Source of the DNA: Nitrospinales bacterium
GTDB lineage: Bacteria > Nitrospinota > Nitrospinia > Nitrospinales > VA-1
DNA: 64,000 bases
Assembly: GCA_965223345.1 (NCBI GenBank)
Contig: CBDCWG010000012.1
Location: forward strand, 1,248,001 to 1,312,000
Reading direction: 5' to 3'
In this document: positions 57,688 to 64,000 of the stretch, piece after piece
How the letters are laid out: every line of letters begins with the position of its first letter
How positions within the stretch are numbered: the stretch's first letter is position 1
Made by a program: the position numbers and the translations under genes
The notes under the pieces: generated by a model
What the model was told of the DNA's origin: nothing
Database searches by the model: none
The model's input: the letters and a program-made list of their open reading frames with translations, nothing else

Positions 57688-58299
57688 ATGGTCGAAAAAG
57701 ACCTCAAGCGCCGCGGTGTGTCCAACGCCGCTGTGCTCGATGCGATGGCGCGGGTGCCGCGGCACGAGTTCGTCGAACCGCGGCACCGGCATCAGGCCTA
57801 CGCCGATTCCGCGCTTCCCATTCAGGACGGGCAGACCATCTCCCAGCCCTACATCGTCGCCCTCATGACCGAGAGCGCGGCGCTCAAGCCCACCGACCGG
57901 GTGCTGGAGGTGGGCACGGGTTCCGGCTATCAGGCGGCGGTGCTGGCGGAAGTGGCGGCGGAGGTGTACTCCATCGAGATCGTCGCCAACCTGGCGCGCC
58001 AGGCGGGCGAGCGGCTCAAACGGCTGGGGTATGACAACGTGACGACTCTGCACGGCGACGGATACCAGGGCTGGCCGGAGAAAGCGCCGTTCGATGCGAT
58101 CCTGATCACGGCGGCGGCGCCGAAAATTCCCGAGCCGCTGGTTGAGCAGCTCAAGATCGGCGGCAGGCTGGTCATGCCGCTGGGCGGGGCGCGGCTGTAT
58201 CAGGAACTGGTGGTGCTGACGAAAAAAAAGGACGGGCTGTACCGCAAACACATCACCGGCGTGGTGTTCGTGCCGATGACGGGCGCGGTGCGCGAGTGA
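57688..58299 (+). CDS. pcm: Protein-L-isoaspartate O-methyltransferase (true start probably further upstream)
   Basis: [63 protein letters not shown]. Confidence 0.93.
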   Translation: MVEKDLKRRGVSNAAVLDAMARVPRHEFVEPRHRHQAYADSALPIQDGQTISQPYIVALMTESAALKPTDRVLEVGTGSGYQAAVLAEVAAEVYSIEIVANLARQAGERLKRLGYDNVTTLHGDGYQGWPEKAPFDAILITAAAPKIPEPLVEQLKIGGRLVMPLGGARLYQELVVLTKKKDGLYRKHITGVVFVPMTGAVRE

Positions 58300-58336
58300 G
58301 CCCGGACCCCTGAACGAAACCGGAAAGGCGCAAGCT

Positions 58337-59140
58337 ATGGAACGCGAAGCGGCGGTGGCCGGGCGGTTTTATCCCGGCGACGCGCAAAACCTCAAGGCCG
58401 AAATCGAAAAGCACCTGCCTGAAAATTCCGATCCCGCTCCGGTGCTCGGTGTGGTTTCGCCGCATGCGGGGTTTGTCTATTCCGGCGATGCGGCCGGCGC
58501 GGTGTACGCGCGCGTCGCCATTCCCGATACGGTGGTGCTGCTCGGGCCCAATCACACGGGACATGGCGAGCGCATGGCGGTGATGACCGAGGGCCGCTGG
58601 AACCTGCCCACCGGTGCGGTGGAGATCGACAGCGAACTGGCCGCGGCGCTGATCGCCAACAGCGCGCAGCTGCGGCCCGATGCGGATGCGCACCGCGAGG
58701 AGCATTCGCTGGAAACGCAGATCCCTTTCCTGCAGCATTTCAAGCGCGACTTCAAAATCGTCCCGGTCTGCATGATGCGCGCGAGCTACCTCGACTGCAA
58801 GGAGCTGGCGCGGGCACTGGTGAAGACGGTGCGCTCGTTAAACCGCCCGGTGCTGGTGGTCGCCAGCTCGGACATGACGCATTACGAATCGCATCTGGAA
58901 GCCTCGGCGAAGGACAGCAAGGCGATCGCGAAGATCCTCGATCTCGATGCGGCGGGGTTGTTCGAGACGGTGATCAAAAACGGCATCAGCATGTGCGGCG
59001 TCGGGCCGGTCACCACGATGCTGCTGTACGCGCAGGCGATGGGCGCGGAGGAAGCGGAGCTGGTGCGCTACATGACCTCCGGCGAGGTGAGCGGCGACAT
59101 GGACCGCGTCGTCGGCTACGCGGGCATGATCGTGAAGTGA
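58337..59140 (+). CDS. amrB: AmmeMemoRadiSam system protein B (Memo-like)
   Basis: VAGRFYP, PHAGFVYSG, GPNH, EHSLE, SSDMTHY, MCG, VVGYAG. Confidence 0.93.
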   Translation: MEREAAVAGRFYPGDAQNLKAEIEKHLPENSDPAPVLGVVSPHAGFVYSGDAAGAVYARVAIPDTVVLLGPNHTGHGERMAVMTEGRWNLPTGAVEIDSELAAALIANSAQLRPDADAHREEHSLETQIPFLQHFKRDFKIVPVCMMRASYLDCKELARALVKTVRSLNRPVLVVASSDMTHYESHLEASAKDSKAIAKILDLDAAGLFETVIKNGISMCGVGPVTTMLLYAQAMGAEEAELVRYMTSGEVSGDMDRVVGYAGMIVK

Positions 59141-59152
59141 TGGAAACCCTTC

Positions 59153-59218
59153 GACAGGATGGGCAGGATAAACCCCGAAAAAAGAGTCTCGCGCAAAGGC
59201 GCGAAGACGCAAAGGAAA
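59153..59218 (+). repeat. Left composite inverted repeat of the 59.3-61.1 kb cassette
   Basis: gacaggatgggcaggataaa ... cgcaaaggcgcgaagacgcaaaggaaa, mirrored at 61161-61232. Confidence 0.65.
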
Positions 59219-59310
59219 CCTGAAATTAAAAATCTTTATGCAATCATTCCGACCTTCCTTTTCAAAAATCGCACCTCATTTTACCGATAGACAATGTCTA
59301 AAACTCGCAG

Positions 59311-59334
59311 GACCGGGTTCGACCCAAAGCGGAC
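59311..59334 (+). repeat. 24-bp imperfect palindromic element
   Basis: GACCGGGTTCGACCCAAAGCGGAC(ATT); same family as 38494, 38564, 40058 and 40090. Confidence 0.55.
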
Positions 59335-59363
59335 ATTTTCATGAAGAAAGGAAATTTTAAATA

Positions 59364-60257
59364 ATGGCGGGAAACAGTCGAATAGGCATTGTAGGCGTGG
59401 GCCGCATGGGGGCCAATATGGCCCGGCGTCTCAAAGAGAAGGGTTTTGTCATCTCTGCGGTCCAGGATCTCAACGCTCCAGCAGCGGAATCGTTGGCAAA
59501 GGAACTTTCCTGCGAGGAAGCGGCTACGCCGGCGCGCGTTGCTGAAATAAGCGATGTCGTGCTGACCGTGGTCACGGATGACGCGGCAATGGATGCAATA
59601 TTCTCAGAAGAAAAACCCACCAGCTTACTTTGCCATGCCAAGGGCAGATTGTTTATCAATTTTGCCACGGTCAGCCCCGAAACACACATCAAAACGGAAG
59701 CCCGCGTCGAGAGTAAAGGCGGGACCAATCTGGAAGCGTTGATGGCCAGCAGTATCACACAGGCACGCGAAGGCACTCTCTATCTTATGTGTGGTGGGAA
59801 AAAGCCGGTCTTTGAACAGGCTCAAACAATACTGGAGGCATTGAGCTCCAGGCTTCTCTATGTCGGCCCTGCTGGCGACGCGGCAAAAGTCAAAGCACTC
59901 GTCAATATGGTGATGAACAGCAACACCGCCGCATTGGCAGAAGGGTTGGGCCTCGGAGACGCGCTTGCGCTGGATCTGACAATACTTCGTGAGGTCTTTG
60001 GTCAAACCGGTGCGGCCTCGCGCGTTCTTGAAACGGACGGCGAAGACATGCAGATACGGGATCATGAATGCTATTTCTCCGCCGCGCATGCGGCTAAGGA
60101 TTCTGGAATCGCCCTCGACCTGGCGCAATCCGCAGGATTGAAGTTGCCGGTAGCACAAGCTACTTTCGATCAATACCAGCGTCTCATTGCAGCGGGTAAG
60201 GGAGAACTGGACAAGTCGGGTGTGGCGGAACTGGTATTTAAAGGAAGAATGAAATAA
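59364..60257 (+). CDS. NAD(P)-dependent beta-hydroxyacid dehydrogenase (3-hydroxyisobutyrate dehydrogenase family)
   Basis: GIVGVGRMG, TVSP, GTLYLMCGG, catalytic KALVN, AAKD. Confidence 0.88.
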   Translation: MAGNSRIGIVGVGRMGANMARRLKEKGFVISAVQDLNAPAAESLAKELSCEEAATPARVAEISDVVLTVVTDDAAMDAIFSEEKPTSLLCHAKGRLFINFATVSPETHIKTEARVESKGGTNLEALMASSITQAREGTLYLMCGGKKPVFEQAQTILEALSSRLLYVGPAGDAAKVKALVNMVMNSNTAALAEGLGLGDALALDLTILREVFGQTGAASRVLETDGEDMQIRDHECYFSAAHAAKDSGIALDLAQSAGLKLPVAQATFDQYQRLIAAGKGELDKSGVAELVFKGRMK

Positions 60258-60268
60258 AGGGAGAGACG

Positions 60269-61108
60269 ATGCCACTCGAAGATGAATTGGGAGATATTGT
60301 GCAAAAGGCCCGCGACGGAAAAGCATGGTCCAAGGGCGACCTTGTTCGTGCAACGGACCTCTCGGTTGACGACCTCCAACGGATAGAAAGTTATCAACTG
60401 ACACCGGAGGATTCGGATGTGTTGAAGCTCGCGAAGGTTTTGGATCTGGATGGACCTGCCTTGATCGATATTGCCCAGGACCGTTGGGAACCCGATAAAC
60501 CCGCCGATGATCCGGATTTTGATTTGGTCTGCCTCAATGTATTCATGGGTGAGTACCCTGTAAATTGCTACCTGTTGCGTTGCAAAGCTACGGGAGAAAC
60601 TGCCGTGGTGGACACGGGAGCAAACCCCAAAACCATCATCCGCAAAGCCCGGGAAATGGGTGTTCGACCCAGCATGATTTTATTGACCCATGCCCACCCG
60701 GATCACGCAGGCGGCTTGGGAGAACTCAGCGATGCGTTCGATTGCCCAACCTACATTGACCATAAAGAGCCCAGGCCCAAAGGCAGCAACAACTTCAAAA
60801 TTGTCAAGGAAGGCGATGAAATAACACTGGGAAATTTGCGAATCCGATGCATAGAAACGCCCGGTCATACGGCCGGTGGGGTTTCTTATCTGATAAACCA
60901 AACCCTGATTTCTGGGGATGTGATTTTCGCAGGGTCCATGGGGCGTGCGAATTCCTCGTGGCAAGACCTGTTCCATTCCATCACCAGGAAGGTATTGCGC
61001 TTACCCGATGCGACGGGCATTCACCCAGGCCATGGTCCCGCGACCACCGTGGGGCAGGAGAAAAATCACAATCCGTTTTTCAAAGGACGTGTGGGAAACG
61101 ATGCCTAA
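60269..61108 (+). CDS. XRE-like HTH fused to a metallo-beta-lactamase-fold hydrolase (glyoxalase II-like)
   Basis: N-terminal helical HTH pattern (KAR..KAWSKGDL...DLS...LQRIE); THAHPDH, TPGHT, SGD, PGHGP, E..HNPF. Confidence 0.85.
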   Translation: MPLEDELGDIVQKARDGKAWSKGDLVRATDLSVDDLQRIESYQLTPEDSDVLKLAKVLDLDGPALIDIAQDRWEPDKPADDPDFDLVCLNVFMGEYPVNCYLLRCKATGETAVVDTGANPKTIIRKAREMGVRPSMILLTHAHPDHAGGLGELSDAFDCPTYIDHKEPRPKGSNNFKIVKEGDEITLGNLRIRCIETPGHTAGGVSYLINQTLISGDVIFAGSMGRANSSWQDLFHSITRKVLRLPDATGIHPGHGPATTVGQEKNHNPFFKGRVGNDA

Positions 61109-61160
61109 ACTGGTTTTGAAACCTGTAAGCCTTTTGGAAATGGGGAACGTGCGGTCTGGT

Positions 61161-61232
61161 TTTTCCTTTGCGTCCTCTGCGTCTTTGCGGTTACCCGATT
61201 TTTTGACCTTTGTTTTATCCCGTTATCCTGTC
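61161..61232 (-). repeat. Right composite inverted repeat of the 59.3-61.1 kb cassette
   Basis: Reverse complement gacaggataacgggataaaa ... cgcaaagacgcagaggacgcaaaggaaaa. Confidence 0.65.
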
Positions 61233-61239
61233 CCGCCTT

Positions 61240-61623
61240 TCAATCCTCCGGGTACTCCATCAACTCAATCTCATATTTGTCCGGGTCTTCGGTGAAGATG
61301 AATTTGGTGCCGTTCGAGGATTCGATCGGGCCTTCGGTGATGGGGACGCCGGCCTGTCTGAGTTGCTCCATGCAGGCGTGGAGGTCGTCCACCTGAAACG
61401 CCAGGTGGACGAGGTCTTCCGGCACGGCGACGTCACCGCTTTCGGGAAACGAGCACAGCTCGATCTCGCTGCCGGTGCCCGGCGCTTCCAGGAACGCCAG
61501 CTTGGAGCCGCGCGGCGAGGTTTTCTGTTCAGTGAGTTTGAGCCCCAGCACCTGTGTGTAAAAGTGCAGGGATTTTTCCATGTCCGCGACGCGGAAGCGG
61601 GTGTGCAGGTATTTTCGGATCAT
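61240..61623 (-). CDS. VOC family protein (lactoylglutathione lyase/glyoxalase I-like)
   Basis: LHTRFRV.D.EKSL.FY..VLG, EIEL, HLAFQVDD, F.EDPDKYEIEL. Confidence 0.88.
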   Translation of the reverse strand: MIRKYLHTRFRVADMEKSLHFYTQVLGLKLTEQKTSPRGSKLAFLEAPGTGSEIELCSFPESGDVAVPEDLVHLAFQVDDLHACMEQLRQAGVPITEGPIESSNGTKFIFTEDPDKYEIELMEYPED

Positions 61624-61658
61624 TTTTTCTTCATAGCCCTTTGCATGAGTCATAGTCG

Positions 61659-61740
61659 TGTCATGCTGAGTCCTTCGGCAAGCTCAGGACAAGCTCTGTC
61701 GAAGCATGATCAAGCACCCTTCGACAAGCTCAGGGTGACA
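61659..61740. repeat. REP-like inverted-repeat doublet (REPIN-like)
   Basis: TGTCATGCTGAG...TGTCGAAGCATG followed by the inverted unit CACCCTTCGACAAGCTCAGGGTGACA. Confidence 0.78.
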
Positions 61741-61814
61741 ATGAATTGAACTTTTCTCAACCCTTGGATTTATGCAAAGGGCTCTCAATGGGTGTCATCG
61801 AAGTCCGTTGACAC

Positions 61815-63197
61815 TCACAGGCCGGGATCGAATTTCACGGTCGGTTCGTAGCGTTTCAGCGGCTCGTGCACCAGCGCGACGATCTCCTTCAGCCGCTCCT
61901 GGGTGTCCGCCTCGAAGCGCAGCACCAGCACGGGCTGCGTGTTGGAGGCGCGGATCAACGCCCAGCCGCCGTCCAGGTTGACGCGCACACCGTCGATGTC
62001 CACCACGTCGTATTTCTCGCGGAAGTATTCGGTCATCTCCTTCACGATCTTGAATTTCTGGTCGTCGGGGCAGTCGATGCGGATTTCCGGCGTGTACGCG
62101 GTCACGGGAACGTCGGCCAGCATCTGCGAGAGTTTCTGATCGGAGGTGGCGACGATCTCGAGGATGCGGCAGGCGGCGTAGATGGCGTCGTCGAAGCCGT
62201 AGTAGGTGTCGGCGAAGCAGATGTGGCCGCTCATCTCGCCCGCCAGCAGCGCGCCGGTTTCCTTCATGCGCTTTTTGATGAGGGAATGGCCCGCGGCGGA
62301 CATCACCGGCGTGCCGCCCTTTTGCTTGATGTCGTTGAACAGGTTCTGCGAGCATTTCACTTCGCCGACGACGGTGGCGCCGGGATGCTTCTCCAGCAGG
62401 TTGCGGGCGAGCAGGATGAGCAGGTGGTCGCCCCAGATGATGCCGCCTTTCTCATCCACCAGGCCGATGCGGTCCGCATCGCCGTCGAAACCGATTCCCA
62501 GTTCCGCTTTCTCTTCTTTCACGCGCGCGATCAGGTCCTGCAGGTTTTTTTCCACAGTGGGGTCGGGGTGGTGGTTGGGAAAGCTGCCGTCGGGTTCGCA
62601 GTACAGCTCGATCACGTCCATGCCCATGCGCTTGAGCAGTTCGGGGCCGACGATGCCGAAGCAGCCGTTGCCGCCGTCCGCCACCACCTTGACCTTGCGC
62701 GGGATCGTCACGCTGCTCGCGATTTTGTCCATGTAGGCCTGCCGCACTTCCTTCTCGTCAAACGAACCGTCGCCGCTTTCGAAATCGCCTTTTTCGATGA
62801 GGCCGCGCAACTCCTGGATCTTTTCGCCATACAGACTGTTTTTCCCATGGCTGATCTTGAAGCCGTTGAACTCGGCCGGATTGTGGGAGCCGGTGATCAT
62901 CACGCCGCCGTCGGGGTTCAGGTGGTGCAGGGCGAAGTAGGCCACCGGCGTGGGCACCATGCCGATGTCGGTGACGTTGATGCCGGTGGAGCGCAGGCCC
63001 TTGGTGACGGCGTCGCGGAAATCCACCGAGCTTGCGCGCATGTCGCGGCCCACGGTGAAGGTTTTGCCGCCCTGTCTGCGGATGTAGGTGCCGATGGCTT
63101 TGCCGATCACTTCGACGGTGTCGGCGTTGAGGTCGCGGCCCACGATGCCGCGGATGTCGTATTCGCGAAAGATATCCGGATTGATGGTTTTGATCAT
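61815..63197 (-). CDS. Phosphomannomutase/phosphoglucomutase (AlgC-like)
   Basis: IFREYDIRG, ITGSHNP, FPNHHPDP, FDGDADR, GEMSGH, RASNTQP. Confidence 0.95.
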   Translation of the reverse strand: MIKTINPDIFREYDIRGIVGRDLNADTVEVIGKAIGTYIRRQGGKTFTVGRDMRASSVDFRDAVTKGLRSTGINVTDIGMVPTPVAYFALHHLNPDGGVMITGSHNPAEFNGFKISHGKNSLYGEKIQELRGLIEKGDFESGDGSFDEKEVRQAYMDKIASSVTIPRKVKVVADGGNGCFGIVGPELLKRMGMDVIELYCEPDGSFPNHHPDPTVEKNLQDLIARVKEEKAELGIGFDGDADRIGLVDEKGGIIWGDHLLILLARNLLEKHPGATVVGEVKCSQNLFNDIKQKGGTPVMSAAGHSLIKKRMKETGALLAGEMSGHICFADTYYGFDDAIYAACRILEIVATSDQKLSQMLADVPVTAYTPEIRIDCPDDQKFKIVKEMTEYFREKYDVVDIDGVRVNLDGGWALIRASNTQPVLVLRFEADTQERLKEIVALVHEPLKRYEPTVKFDPGL

Positions 63198-63498
63198 GAT
63201 TCCTCTGAGTGAACGGAAGTGGAAAAATTCCATTTGCGGGAAAATTTCCATCAAGGATAAGCGAAACCCGGTTGGAGTGCAACGCGGGTTTTTCGTCGTC
63301 CCGGCAACCGGGCCGCATTGGAAGCCCGCCGCCGGAGAGGTTGAGAATCCGCGTCGAGGCCGCCGCACCGCGCCAGGGCGGGGGAAAGCGCTAGGGGCTG
63401 ACCTGTAAGTGTGTTACGATTTAGAGACGCATTATTCCTGTCTCCGTGGCCGCTTTCCGTTAGATTTCCGTTAGCTTTTTCGCACGCAGGAGAAACCC

Positions 63499-64000
63499 GT
63501 GAAAATCTGTCTGGTCGAGCCTTCCAAATTCGTGTCGCTGACCAATTTCGTGTCCACCATCAGCATGCCGCCGATCGGTCTCGCCTACATCGCCGCGGCG
63601 CTCAGGGAGGCGGGGCACGAGGTGCACGTGGTGGACGGCCCCGGCTCGGCCCCGCGGCATTTTTTCAAATTCAAGGACGTGCGCATCCGCGGCCTGACGG
63701 ACGAGGCTATCGTCGCCCGCATCCCCAGGGATGTCGAGGTCATCGGGCTGGGCTGCATGTTCACCTCGCACTGGGTGTACGTGCGCGGGCTGATCGAGCG
63801 CATCCGCCAAGCGTTTCCCGATGCGCGTCTGATGATGGGCGGCGAGCACGTCACCGGATTCCCCGAGTATTCGCTGCAAGGCGCGCCGCTCGATGCGGTC
63901 GTTTTGGGCGAAGGCGAGGAGACGGCGGTAGAGCTTGTGGATCACTGGCAGCGCGGTGCGCCACTGGAAGCGGTTGCGGGCATCGCGTACCGCGATGCGG
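63499..64000 (+). CDS. Cobalamin-binding radical SAM protein, N-terminal part (runs off the window)
   Basis: AGGAG RBS, GTG start; KICLVEP..MPPIGLAYIAAALREAGHEV, MGGEH, LGEGEET; absent from the ORF track because no stop lies in the window. Confidence 0.8.
   Translation, partial: MKICLVEPSKFVSLTNFVSTISMPPIGLAYIAAALREAGHEVHVVDGPGSAPRHFFKFKDVRIRGLTDEAIVARIPRDVEVIGLGCMFTSHWVYVRGLIERIRQAFPDARLMMGGEHVTGFPEYSLQGAPLDAVVLGEGEETAVELVDHWQRGAPLEAVAGIAYRDA

Noticed and set aside
63198..63498. GC-rich intergenic region as a possible ncRNA (SRP RNA, 6S, tRNA)
   Set aside because: No SRP GGAA/GCAGC loop motif, tRNA arms or other recognisable signature; an Rfam search would be needed

Overview
This is a GC-rich chromosomal window from a diderm bacterium. 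Gene content and order suggest Nitrospinota or a similar deep-branching lineage, which is an inference only. It is mostly housekeeping: tolB-pal, radA-ispD, mutY, queE/queC, ychF, recJ, rnhB, the ffh-rpsP-khpA-rimM-trmD-rplS cluster, moaB, rluD, rodA-rng, a NarK-type transporter, moeB, pcm, amrB and a PMM/PGM. I saw no rRNA, tRNA, CRISPR array, transposase or integrase. Points of interest: (1) a ~0.8 kb DnaA-box cluster with an AT-rich tract between rluD and rodA, probably oriC, with no dnaA nearby. (2) A tol-pal locus in which Pal has a ~160 aa acidic linker and the cpoB position holds a ~635 aa exported coiled-coil with 18 Gln-cored heptads and no TPR. (3) Accessory genes of atypical composition bracketed by short dispersed elements: five 24-bp palindromic sites resembling recombination sites, and composite inverted repeats around a two-gene cassette. 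(4) A REP-like hairpin with compensatory base changes. (5) A MutY whose C-terminal domain keeps an intact Nudix box. (6) A Geobacter-like aromatic-rich pilin with a sigma54 promoter, enhancer-like repeats and a CRP-type box. (7) A run of uncharacterised envelope genes, including an internally duplicated 1381 aa membrane protein and a B-box/SPFH pair.
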